Positions 23,204 through 35,534 of a DNA stretch of 41,448 bases are shown here, in pieces. Position 1 is the stretch's first letter; the number at the start of each line of letters is the position of its first letter. The notes below the pieces were generated by a model that was not told where the DNA came from, did not search any database, and saw only the letters and a list, made by a program, of their open reading frames with translations. Source of the DNA: Nemertoderma westbladi (taxonomy: Eukaryota; Animalia; Xenacoelomorpha); NCBI GenBank assembly GCA_032718475.1, contig JAUCBJ010002963.1:1-41448 (forward strand), written 5' to 3'. Position numbers and translations under genes: made by a program.

Positions 23204-25556
23204 TCAGAATGTCATAAAATGGCAGCTGGCTTTGGAATTAATACTCCATATCTCAAGAACCTGTGGCCTAGTGGTTGTAGTCTCGGCTTCCACCTCGAGG
23301 TTCCACGTTAGTTGACTAAGGCGTTTCTCAGCTAAGATGCTATTATTCATTAACTTTACCAACTTGGGGCGCCAAAGTAATCCAGTTTCATATCTACCTT
23401 CATCTAAAATGTAGCAGGTGGTAGTATTCTGAATTTGTATTGCTCGTTCTTCCTCAATGGATACGATCATGGCACGATCATGAGAATTTTCCTCCATTTT
23501 CTGCTGATCTACCCAGTTGGAAATCTTCTCTGGTTAACTTCGCATCCACTAGCGATTTACGTAGAAAAATATCCCTGTCTTCTTCAGCGTCAGAATATCC
23601 ATCAGATATTTGAGTGATGCCAATTAATAAACAGCGTGTATATATTCTCCATATTCCAGCATGGTGGTGGAATCGTCCGTATTAAATCGGGAAGTCGGTA
23701 AGTCATTGTCGCTGGATTCACTTGATTTATCGTCAAATTTTGAAATTTTTATTTCAACATCGGATCCTCCCTCTGCAAATTCCTCCGCTTCCACAATCTT
23801 ACCTGATTTATGAGAATGGATATAATTGGTCGATATGTTTTCACTGGATATAATTGGTCGATATGTTTTCACTGGTTGTTCTTTCTGAGTGAATATAGTT
23901 TGTTGATATGTTCTCACTAGTAGTCATTCTTTCATTTAAAGTCTTTATCGATGGGCCAGTGCAGAACCAACTAATCCTGGTTCTACCAGCGTATGTGGTC
24001 AAAGGTGGAGGTGAACTAGGGAGTTTTTCCAAAATTTCCAGGGCCTCTGGCGCATTCTGGCCAATTAATAATTGAACTCCTTGTCGGTCAAGTTCGTATC
24101 TAGGAATATTGTTACGTTTCACAAAGTCATTGTTATCCCAAACATACATAGGAGCTTGACTATCTGCAAAGTTCTTGATAGTAACTATCTTTATGTTATT
24201 CAATTTACATATTTCATTTATGTCTTCAGGATCTGATAAAGAAATCTTGTAATAACGAGTTTGTATAACTGATTGCCAGATTTGCATCACACCAGATAGA
24301 TTTCATTGGATGTCCATCTGCCTCGTTGAACAGCTCTTCCGCGAGGTCTTATAGGTCTATCATATCTATAATACCGATATATATATAATACAATCACCTA
24401 ATGTATTATAGGCAAACCAATAATAATGATAATCAGCTGATCGCCAGCTGTGCATTCTTATCTGTTCTGGCTCAGGCCAATTACATGATCGCCATATGTC
24501 TGTTGCTCGTTCGGGAGTTGATGGTAGCTCATACGTGATGGCTTCATAAACTACTACATTATTGCAACTTTTCTCATCCATGGGGAACTCGTCTGTGTCG
24601 AATTCCTGTTCAGAACTAGCCAATGTATCGTAAGGTAAATAATCGGTGAATTGAACCTTTATTTCCATTATTTCCATTTGAGGAGCTATATCCTTTTGAT
24701 GCAATAGGTAGTGGTGATTTCCATTGCACTTGACACACTTGTAGGTATCCCTTAAATAACACTTATTCCCGTTATGTCCTGTACACAAGCACAGGAAACA
24801 CACCTTTAAGGCGCTGACAGTTTCTTTTCGTTTCACCAAAGTCATTTTAATGAAGTCTGGGCACTGCGAGAGCCTATGGGACTCTTTACTACATAATAAG
24901 CAGCCAGTGTTATAAGTTACTGATTTAATGATCGGTTTTAGTTGTTTCATTTCCATTTGTTGTGTTTGTTTGTGAGTTTTTATTGTTCGAACCGGAGTCC
25001 AATCGTGAGATTGTCTATCCGGTTGACATTTACGTCTAGGTAAAGGAGATCTCGGGCCTTTACACTGTTGGTCGCTGCGTTTCTGGCTATCCAAGATGTG
25101 GTATGAGCTTTCACTTTCTACGGATTCCTCCTCACAAGTGGACAAGTCAGTTTGATAAACTCGCTCCCGACGCTTGGGGATGTTTTGTCGGATTTTGGAT
25201 CTATGTTACGTTCGTGTCGTTGTGTAATCATCAGCAATGAGGATTAATAATCTATGTATTCCAAGAACTCTTTCATACCCAATGCTGGTTTACTGCGAAG
25301 TTTGGTGTTTAATACTTTGCGATCCCATCGTGTAGAAAGGCAACCCTTAGGTAGGGCTGCAGAAATCATACCAACTACAATGGGGGTGTCATAATATTCG
25401 TGTTTATCTAACCAATCCAACTGTCTACAGATCTCTTTAATCCCATCAACAAACTTTACCATTTCTGTAGTAATTACACGTTTACGGTTAACTAGCTTTT
25501 GGTATAGATATTGGGCTATCGAAGCTTCATTTCCATATCTGTCATGTAATAATTTC
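23204..25556 (-). pseudogene. gag-pol: Outer BEL/Pao element, 3' part: Gag C-terminus, three Zn knuckles, protease remnant, pre-RT linker; no RT
   Basis: LLHDRYGNEASIAQYLY..., CLLCSKESHRLSQC / CFLCLCTGHNGNKC / CVKCNGNHHYLLH, LLIGQNAPEALE...AGRTRISWFCTGP, EGRYETGLLW...NNSILAEKRL. Frameshifted; the DSG active site is replaced by unrelated sequence near 24350-24450. Confidence 0.85.
23817..23917 (-). repeat. 28-bp tandem duplication (SENISTNYI) causing a frameshift in the outer BEL ORF
   Basis: TGGATATAATTGGTCGATATGTTTTCAC at 23817 and 23845, with a degenerate third copy at 23890. Confidence 0.85.
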
Positions 25557-26722
25557 TGTAAAGGCTTTTGCGGAATTAGCTAGTTATTTTCCCCGCAAAG
25601 TACTCTGTAGTTGTTTTAACGGACATAAAAAGCCGTTTCCTTACTGTACCGGTGTTTTAGTGGACATAAAAAGCCATTTCTTCTGTATGTGTACTTTAGC
25701 GGACATAACTAGCGATTTTATGTCGCAATAAGCCAAATACTCTAAACATCGGAACTAAGATGACGACATCTATCGGCTGTGTCCACGTGTAACTTTTTCT
25801 TTGTTCTTTGTTCGTTCTTTGTTCGGTCGACCAATCAGAGCGGTTTTCACTCTGTGTTGGACATTGTATGCAGAGGCTCACGCAATTCAGTCAGTGTGTG
25901 TATTTTTCCTGATGCCAGAAGACCGGCTGTGGAATGATTCTATGTTTCAGGCTTTAGCCAAACATTAGTAGGCTTTGGTCATAGAAACGTATAACTGTTA
26001 TCAAACCAACTCAGTACATATGCATTATGCTTTCACCGCATTATTTCACTGCTATTTATGGTTTATTCGGTTATTAATTATATCAGTTGATGGAATATTA
26101 TTATATTTGGATAACATCGATAAATAATCATAAAACCCCAATCTTCTTGATATACTGAAGGTAAGAGACCGGTTACATATAACAATTGCGACTTACATTA
26201 AAGTGGTTTTGGAGTGAATCTAATGCTATTTCATAGGCACTACATGTGTCGGTTGCTGTTCTCTTTATATGTGACTAAAATTAGTGAAGGTCGGCACGAT
26301 CGGTGTGCAGCACTGTGCGGTAGTGTGCATGATTGTGACAGATAACAAAGCATCTCCTAAAGAATGTGCTTTATACGTGAATCAATAGCCATCCCGTTGT
26401 GTCTAGTGTAAGTCATAACTCTGTTTACATACTTAGAGCGCCACGTCCTAAAGGAACTGTTGATATTTCCCGAAAGTGAATAATATTTGTCAGAAATTAT
26501 ATATTAACAATCAGTCGAATAATACAGTAGGCCTACACCGCAATAAGGTCAAAGCTTCCGAATCCAGTCTCCCGGGTATATCCAGCGGGTGAATGGTCGC
26601 GCATAGACTGGCTTCGGCTAATGTAGTGTATCAAATACTCGTCATAGGCTAAAGTCGATTTATAATCTAGAAGACATCTAAATTTGGCAGGTTAAACTGC
26701 TAAAGGTCTGAAAGCGCGAACA
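25557..26722 (+). repeat. 5' LTR (1166 bp)
   Basis: TGTAAAGGC...GCGCGAACA. About 12 differences from the 3' LTR by eye. Contains a GGACATAAAAAGCC direct repeat and a CCAATCAG box near 25831. Confidence 0.95.
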
Positions 26723-27008
26723 ATAACAGTTATTGAGTTCTGATTGCAGTGTAGGCAATAAATACAGTCTAAAGTACCGGTCGACCGGTAACTAGTAGGC
26801 TAGACTGCCTAACTACCCGAACCGGTACTTACAGCAGTACAGGTACAGCAGTATTATTCGATTTTGATAATTATATACCGGTAGGTCTTAATAAGTAATC
26901 GGGGACGCCTGGTTTTTATTGGGATTTTACTTAGGCCTATTTCTGTCAGTTTTATTTATTTGTAGGTTAATATTGAGCAGAAGACGTGTAAGCCTGCTCA
27001 GATTGTAC

Positions 27009-27587
27009 AGATAATTTGTAGGCTGGACTGTTGTCTGACTGTTGTTAAGTCTGAAGAGATTGTAGTGTGTGTAGAGTGTATGTCCGATAAAGTACTAGTT
27101 AGGAACGTAGGGGCTTCCAGTTTTGTGAGGTAAATCCCCTCGAAAGAATAAGTCGTACTACTCGGTTAGAACGCATACTAACTAACCATTTCGGAGTCTG
27201 CATATACTGTAGTTTGTTTAGGCTTGATAGTAGTCTGCCAGCGTTTGGTCTGTATTTATTTGTGTAGTCTGTACGGGTAGCGTAATATTTCTTATTTAGA
27301 TAATTTGTAGGCTGGATTGTTGCCTGGCTGTTTTTAGGTCTGAAGAGATTGCGGTGTGTGTAGAGTGTATGTCCGATAAAGTACTAGTTAGGAACGTAGG
27401 GGCTTCCAGTGCTGTGAGGTAAATCCCCCTGAAAGAATAAGTCGTACTACTTGGTTAGAACGCATACTAACTAACCATTTCGGAGTCTGCATATACTGTA
27501 GTTTGTTTGGGCTTGATAGTAGTCTGCCAGCGTTTGGTCTGTATTTTATTTGAGTAGTCTGTACGCGTAGCGTAATATTTATTATTC
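27009..27587 (+). repeat. ~289-bp tandem duplication in the 5' leader of the BEL element
   Basis: Units start AGATAATTTGTAGGCTGG at 27009 and 27298. Confidence 0.92.
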
Positions 27588-28534
27588 AGAGTTTATGCGA
27601 TTATTCGCAACATTCACAACCCCAAGTTTATTCCTACAGTAATTGTGCTTGTTATACATACCGTTATAGTTAAATTAACCCCGGTACTACATCAGGGCTG
27701 CTTGGCGTAGGTAAAGACTAGTGATTTTGTGCCCCGGTCACTCCAGCAGATACCGTGGTTCTTTTAGCTATACAAGTATTTCTAACTGCTAGTTATTTGT
27801 TGTATAAGTACTTGTACCTAATTTAGGGTTTAGTGTACAGTGCTTTCCGAAGGTAATTAGTGTGTAGGCAGTATATTTGTGTTGTAAAGTGGTTAATAGG
27901 CACGTTGGTTCTGGTAGACCGCGGTAATTAACTTCTAGGTAGGAACACTCCGTGATACATAACATAGTACTTATAGCGTTACGGCTATAAGTCGTCAGAT
28001 GGTGGTATTTTTCCTATCTGGACAACGCAGTATATTTACTACTGCTTTGTTATTTTCAAATACCGTAGTATCCTGTCTGTTTGTAATAACCAGATATTCT
28101 AACCCTTTGTTAGGCTGGTTTGTAGACTTCTTGTAAAATTACCCTAAAAATTCGTACGTGTAATTTTTGTGTTTATTTAGAGATTGTAATCTCACCCCGA
28201 ATTGTAAGTAATTTGTAGTATTAAGTAACTTAGGTAAATTAGAATTATTTGTTTTAGTGTCCAACAAGTAGCACTTCACTGAGAGCGCACAGCTTCTGTG
28301 TAGTGACTCCTTCCCAGAAATAATAACTTTTATTTCAAATATTGACAAAACCCATTATACGGGTATATATATATTTTAAATCAACTCAAACCGATTTATA
28401 AATAGTAGGCCTGTCATACAACAATTAGGTCTTAATATCAGTTGGACTACTGCTTAAATAACGGTAATAAGGTAAAGTAAGGTAACCAAGTAACCCCTAA
28501 ATTTCAGAAATTCAATTATTCTAAAATAATTGAC

Positions 28535-28912
28535 ATACCGGTATTTACGATAGGCTTATTATATTTATTTCTATAAATTTAGGCTGAAATTATATACCGG
28601 TATTCTGTGACAAATCTAGTCTGTAATAATTATACTTATATATACTATAAGTGTAAGCTGTATACCGGTATTCACGATAGGCCTATTATATATTTATATA
28701 TACTTGTGCTGAAATTATATACCGGTATTCTGTGACAAATCTAGTCTGTAATAATTATACTTATATATACTATAAGTGTAAGCTGTATACCGGTATTCAC
28801 GATAGGCCTATTATATATTTATATATATTTGCGCTGAAATTATATACTGGTATTCTGTGACAAACCTAGTCTGTAATAATACTTATATATATACTATAAG
28901 CATACCGGTATT
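28535..28912 (+). repeat. ~125-bp tandem repeat x3 in the 5' leader, rich in ATACCGGTAT palindromes
   Basis: Units start ATACCGGTATT at 28535, 28662 and 28787, with a partial unit at 28902. Confidence 0.9.
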
Positions 28913-29051
28913 CTAATATATTATATATATATATATCACGTTACATAGAGTAACGATATCGGTAATTAATTACTAGGCTAACGGTGATACTGAATTACTA
29001 GACTTGCTTAAACTGTAATATAGCAGTAGGCATTCAACTGTACAAACAAAC

Positions 29052-32000
29052 ATGTCTGACACAAAGCAAAACCTGTCAGACAGTCTCCTAGATACAACCA
29101 TCTGTGACCCAGACAGGAGTGTGGAACGTGTGAGACCGAAGTTCAACTCACCTCCTACTGTAAGAAAGTTCATCCCTCCAGTAGTAGTATCAGACCCTAG
29201 GCTAGTCCAACACCGTAGGTCTATCATAGGCACTCGAGCTCAGGTCAAGCGGGACCAAGAAGCAGCGGAACAGCAGCAACACTCGAGCCGAGAACTTATT
29301 TCTCAGCGGCCCGACAGCTCCAGTAGTGCGGATACTGTAGAGCTGACACCCGAGCGCGGAGCAAAGATGGCAGATGCGGTTTATTCGGATCCCCTTCTCA
29401 TCCTTCTTGCAGCCGTACTCACTAGGGTGTTGATTGCAGTGGAGGAACACCAGATTGATTGGGCGAGAAGTAAGCGATCGACCAAGGATAGTTATGCGGG
29501 ATACACAAGGGAAGAACTGAAGTCTATTGTCGAGTCGCAATGGAATTTCCCCGGACCCGGACTCCCGTTTGACTTATCGGAGGCTGCCTGAGAAGACATA
29601 CACAAGATGGGAGTGACAAAAGAAACCAGCGATCCAGCTGTGTGGAAGAGGTCAGCAGCAGGATACTTACAGGGATTCTTCAGCTCTATGGAGCGATTAG
29701 AGGAACAACTGTTTCGACAACCCCAAGGACCTCAAGAGCAGGGAGAGCTGCTTTATCAAGTTAGAGAAAGAATTCTAAGAATCAGACTAATCTTATCGGC
29801 CTTTGAGGAGGCTTCGAAAAGAAGACAAGACACTTCGTTGCAAGTTGCCGTAAAGACTTGGTTTCAGCGGGTGAGTCTCAAAGTTCAAGGAACTGCCCCG
29901 TGGAAATCTCAGTTAGCCGAGCGCTCAACCCATGGAGAATCAACAGACGCTACCTTTTCCCAAGTGGAAAGTGAAGTGACAGCAGAAAAACCGCTTAAGA
30001 GGGATGCTATTGACATCTATCTGTCAGACTATCAACGATTTGTAGGTGACGAAGAGTTGAGGAGACGGCTGTCTGGACTTCGCCCTAATAGTGAAGGAGC
30101 CAAGCTTGTGTTGGACGCAATCGATGCGGATATGATAGCTGCGAACCAAGCTAAATTTGATGAAAGGCTCCGCATCGCTAGGGTCAAAGAAGAACAAGTC
30201 AAGAAAAAACGTATAGAAGACAGAAAGACAGCAGCAGCGGCAGTGGCAGCGGCAGAAGCAGAAAGAAAAGTGGCAGAAGTGGAAAGAAAAGTGGCAGAGG
30301 CAGCGGCAGAAGCGGAAAGAAAAGTGGCAGAGGCAGCGGCAGAGGCAAAAGCGGCAGCGGCAGAAGCGGAAAGAAAGCGAGCAGTGGCAGAAGCAGAACG
30401 AAGAGCATCTGAAGAGACCACCCAACTAGAGTTGGAAAATATTCAAGAGAATCAAGACTGCATAAATAAACAGTTAACAGCTAGTCAAATGCAGATGATG
30501 AGTCGATCTACTCCCAAAAGACAGGGATATACATCATCTGATGAAGGCGATACCACCGATCCTGAAGGCGGAGGAAATAGATCTCGTCTAAGCAGACGTA
30601 GAAGAATGTCCCACCGTCAGAAATTGCCTGATTTGCCCCCAGCTGTTAGAAGGCAACTAACTAACACAGACTTAGGTAGTACAGAACTTACAGACCAAAT
30701 AATTAAAATAGAAAGACTCCCTACTATAGTAGATGAGCCTGAAATAATTAGGCCTGTTCTCGAAGCCACCCCTTCGGTGATAGAGACACCTGTACTCCCA
30801 GAACCTACCTCTAAATTCCCTTTGCACAGTACTAAACTACCTGTGCCCAGTAGGACTGTTCACGAGTCCGAACCCGTCCTGGACGCCGAGCGAGATATCA
30901 AGAATTTATCGCCCGCCGTCTCTCGCTCGCCCGCTACTACGTTGGCGACTCCCGCTTCGGCGGTCGAGTGGGTAGCAGAGGGACGACGGGAGATGGGTCT
31001 CCTGCTCGGGCAGTTGAGGGAACACCGCAAGTGCTCCTCTCAGCAGGTCCGGGAGATGGAAGGAACTGTTCAGCAGTTCAAGGGCACAGTAAGGGAAAGT
31101 AGGTTAGAGTTGCAAGAGGTGCAGCAGAGTATCGCATTAGAACGCGACAAATTAGTAAATACCCAAAGGGGTATACCATCAACCCCGGTAACAATGTGTC
31201 AACCTGTTAGGTCTGAAGTATTTCATGCGCAAGGTGTGGAGCCTACACGCATCTATACTGCTAGTGAAGTAGAAACTCCTATAGTAAACCCTATTAAGGG
31301 TAATTATAAACCTGTTGACAATGATATTCCATATAGACTTGATAATAATCCGAGAAATTTATATACCGATAACTCGATATTAAATAACACGATGGCCCAA
31401 GAAAGTTTTACGCGTCAAATGGCTAGAACCAAAGCCCGTCAAGCGGTAAAGGTGGGAGAGATCGTCAAGTTCAATGGAGATGAGATGAAATGGTTACCTT
31501 TTAATGAATATTACAAGGATAACATACAGAACTCTGTGTTATCTAACGGAGAGAAACTGAGATTCCTCATCGAGTGCTTGGAAGGATCTCCCAAGTTAAT
31601 GGCGTTAAAGTTTATTGGACATCCAGATGGATTAAGACAAGTTTGGGATACACTGAACATCAGGTATGGTAATAGGACTAACATAGCTAGGTATTTATAT
31701 GCGAAATTAATGGCGCCCCGAAAGTTTCTTAGCAGCGGGATTATAGAGTTTTCCGACGAGATTCAGGAGATCTGTAGACAACTAGATTGGTTAGGTAAGT
31801 CTCATGAATACCAGAATTCTATGGTTGTAGGAGCCTTAGCATCTAATTTGCCCAAGGGCGGAGTAGGTACACGCTGGGACAAGACAGTATTATATATGAT
31901 GGAACAACAACGAAGAGATCCTACCATGGCTGATCTCATGTCATTCTTAGATGGAGAGGTAAAATTACAGCTCCTAAAGCAGTCCAGAGAGAAGACACCA

Positions 32001-34040
32001 GAAAATAAGGTAAGTGAGAAACCCGTTTCTAGGAGAAAGATAATACCAGTGTGTTATACAGACGACGGCGAAAGCCAGGCTTCTCAAGAGGAAGATAGCG
32101 GGAAAGACACTGAAAGATCTTACTATGACAACAAAGCGCCTAAGGACGTAAGTAAATTCAAGTCTCGAACCAATGTCAGGAGAGAACAGGTAAGAAAAAC
32201 TCCTCCTACGTCTCCTAAGAGAATTCATGTAAGAAAGCCCGAAGAAAGAACGAGTGTGCACAACTTTACTCAAAATAAGGTAAGTAACATCAAACCGAAA
32301 TGTGCGCTGTGTGACGGGCCCCACCGTTTGAATGTGTGTGATAAATTCCTAAAGAAATCATTAAAGGATAGATGAGAAGTCATGTGGGATAAGCAGTTGT
32401 GTTATAATTGCCTCAGACAAGGACACCAACGGCGAACCTGTTACTCTGACGCAAGGTGTGCGAAGTGCGGCGCAAAACATCATCTCTTGTTGCACACTGA
32501 ATTCGAACGAAACAGCCCGAGTCAGGTAAGTGATTCTGAACTACATGTCCAATTCAGTGATGTGAACGACACTGACCAAAGTTCTGAGATGGAAGGATTC
32601 TATACGGACGAATTCTCCAACGAAAACGAATCCTGTTACCTGATAAATACCGCAGTGTATCGAGCACTTACGTATGAAAAGGACACCGACAGCGAGCTCC
32701 CCCTAACTACTTCTGACCGACAACCATCTTGGAAAGCACCAACTTCCAATGTATGAATCCGAGAATTTCCCGTAGTGCAGTTGAGGGTCCACGGACCTGA
32801 AAGGAGTTATATAGTGAACGCCCTCCTTGACTCCGGTAGCACAGGAACATTCATCGACAAAGAACTAGCCGAAGACATCTTTGCTGGACAACCCAAGTTC
32901 CGAACTAAGTTAAACATGTCAGGAATTATGCAGGTTTGGAAATCTACAGTAATAATAGATTATTATGTAGGTGCGTTGTCCACCCCCCAGGATGAACTAG
33001 GAGAACACAGTATAAGGTCAGTAAAAATGGTGGCGATAAAGAACTTCGCTACCAGCCAAGTAGAACCTTATAACTGGGATGAGGACGATTTCACCCAGCA
33101 GCTTAAGATACCTAGATTCAACACAGACTACCCTGGAGTGCAAATACTCATCGGCCAAAATGCGCATGAGGCGCTTGAGACATTGGAGAAACGGCCTGCT
33201 CAACCGCAACCACTACAAGCCTATGCGGGAAGAACTAGAGTAGGTTGGTACTTTACTGGCCCTTCCCGTAGAACTCTCATGGAAAGGTTACCAAAAGAAC
33301 GGGTATACCAAGTAAGTGAATGGGAAGCGGAGAGCAGTGAGGTAGACGACCCAACTGAGGGAACACCATACTCCTCAGATAATGACGATATTAACTCCAA
33401 TGTAGATCAATGGAGATATTGCCCCGAGACAATTAATCTAGCCGACATCGCTTCCAGAGGAGCAACTCCTCAAGAACTGACAGATACTCCAGACTGGTTA
33501 GGTGGACCCGACTTCCTAAGTAAAGAAGATGAATGGCCTCCCCATCTTACCACGGCTGAGATTAGACAAGCCAAGGGAGCGGAGAAAGTCAAACCTAAAA
33601 GCCGGACGAGTAAATCAAGGTTATTTAAACCCGTGATAGATCTGTTTGTACTACACATTGCCAGGGACGACGCTGTGGATCTAAACTCCCCCACCACGAA
33701 CCGATCTGTTGTGGAGATCAGAGAGAGAGACTGGAGATCTGGAACACCAGACGTCTCGCCAGGACTCTCACCTCTCCTGCCGGGAGCGATGGACCACTAT
33801 AGATCCTGGAATCGGCTTTGTAAGGCCGTCGTGTATTTGAAGCGATGTTTCTATCGTCACTATTCCAGGACAAAGAGGAAACCTGGAATTATATTCGAAA
33901 CACAACAACTCAATTGCCCAGTTGGTCGTTTAGGTTTACTGGAAAGAGGCCGAGAACTGTCCGGAAACTATGGAAGGCAAGATACTCTTCCCACGACCAC
34001 CTCCCTAATCCAACAAACATCTAGGGACTCCCCAACGTAA
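29052..34040 (+). CDS. gag-pro: BEL/Pao Gag-protease polyprotein, one frame of 1662 codons interrupted by three TGA; RT and integrase core absent
   Basis: ORFs 29052, 29607, 32382 and 32775 are in the same frame. Motifs: capsid-like DUF1759-type KFNGDEMKWLPF...KLRFLIECLEG...RYGN; CX2CX3HX4C, CX2CX4HX4C, CX2CX3HX4H; protease ALLDSGSTGTFI...ILIGQN...RTRVGW; then directly the RNase H tail QWRYCPETINLADIASRG...WLGGPDFL, YRSWNRL, and the IN C-terminal-like CPVGRLGLLE. Confidence 0.88.
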
Positions 34041-34565
34041 CAGCGTCTGGAGTGGGTGTGTGACTATATTATTTTATGTTTGTTTTTATTATTTTATATT
34101 TATGTATGTATTATTATGTAATTTTATTATAATCGTTTTCTTTAATTTTATTTAGTAGAATGTTATTTTAGCGATTATTTAGTAGATTAGTGCAATATAT
34201 ATTCGCGTTTATTACTTAATTACTTATATATTATATATTTAGTGCGACGGCGAGAAATAATTCTTTTCTCTTTCCTTACTGTCCATATTACATTATAAAT
34301 ACGTGACTACAGTAAGATGAAATGTCCGTACTTATAAAAGTACAATAAAGCTCCTACTATATTCAAGTATTATTGGTAAAGTAGAGTATTAGGAATGCAA
34401 AATTCAGATCCTCGTGTCTCGGCTAAACCAAGCTCTGGGTAGACCTTGGAAACGACTTGCCTCTTCTCACTGACATTGCTTCGTGCGATATTGCTCTCAT
34501 ACCGTATATTAAATAATACATATAGTAGCGTGATGTCCCTTTAACAGTAGCGTATAACGCAAAAT

Positions 34566-34893
34566 AAATCTGTTAAACCCTTTGACCATCTGCAATTCTA
34601 GTCGATTAAGATATCGCGGCACCCACCGATATACTTGAAAGACAAATTTCTAGAATCAGTGGTTAACGTCCCCAGACAAGTTCTGGAATAAACTGGTGCC
34701 CATCCTAAATATTAATTATTAATATTTACAAAATCTGTCAAATTTTAGATCCTTTAAAATTCTAGTCTATTAAGATATCGTAGCACTTACCGATATTCTT
34801 AAAAAGACCAATTTCCTAGAATCAAGGATCCTAGTCCCCAGACATGTTCTGGAATAAATTTGTGTCTATTTAATATTAAATAATAAAATTTAC
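34566..34893 (+). repeat. Diverged ~165-bp tandem duplication in the 3' internal region
   Basis: AATTCTAGTC.ATTAAGATATCG..GCAC..ACCGATAT...CTAGAATCA...GTCCCCAGACA.GTTCTGGAATAAA occurs twice. Confidence 0.8.
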
Positions 34894-35161
34894 GGGAATA
34901 AATTTAAATTCATGTTTTAATGAATTTGATAAATTGTCATTTTTATACAATTTTTAACATTCCCAAAATTCCATTAATTAATAGATCATGGGAGCGGAGA
35001 TTCACCCTATTAAGTGTATTAGTGTGCGAGAATCTCCAATATATAGTCAATAGCCGATAAAATTCATAAAATCATGTATAAAGAGGAATATTGACAATTA
35101 AAGAATTACTATTAAATAGCATCCCAGATCTGTATGCATGAGAATTACTCTAATTCTACTG

Positions 35162-35534
35162 CCGGGTTCATTGTGTCAAGTACAATGCACACATCTCCAA
35201 CCAGACACTATATAACATTGGAGGTGTCTCATTGGTTCCCCCAAGCTTGACACTAGAACAAAATCGCCTCCGCTTTGCAGGACATTGCTTTCGCCGTGAG
35301 GACCAGCCAGCGCATAATCTTGTACTTTGGCAGCCTCATGGAGTGAATAAGCATGGTGGACAGCCCATGACTTTCTTGAGACGCATCTTAAAGGACACTG
35401 GCCTTAAAGATGCGGATGATCTAGCAAATGTCATGGGTGATAGGGAGTTGTGGCGGTGCAATTTTGTTGACAAGCCGGCACAGCATTCTTAAAAATGCAG
35501 CTGCAATGCAGCATGCCGATCCTAGTAGTAGTAG
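35162..35534 (+). mobile_element. 5'-truncated RTE LINE 3' end inside the BEL element
   Basis: NRLRFAGHCFRREDQPAHNLVLWQP...DRELWRCNFVDKPAQHS, followed by a (TAG)4 tail at 35523-35534. Confidence 0.88.

Noticed and set aside
25696-25881. 61-aa ORF conserved in both LTRs (also 37589..37774)
   Set aside because: Conservation only reflects LTR identity. It has a non-ATG start and no protein features.
30024-30425. Three minus-strand ORFs (Cys/Phe-, Ala/Ser- and Leu/Pro-rich)
   Set aside because: Antisense shadows of the AEAERK repeat in Gag.
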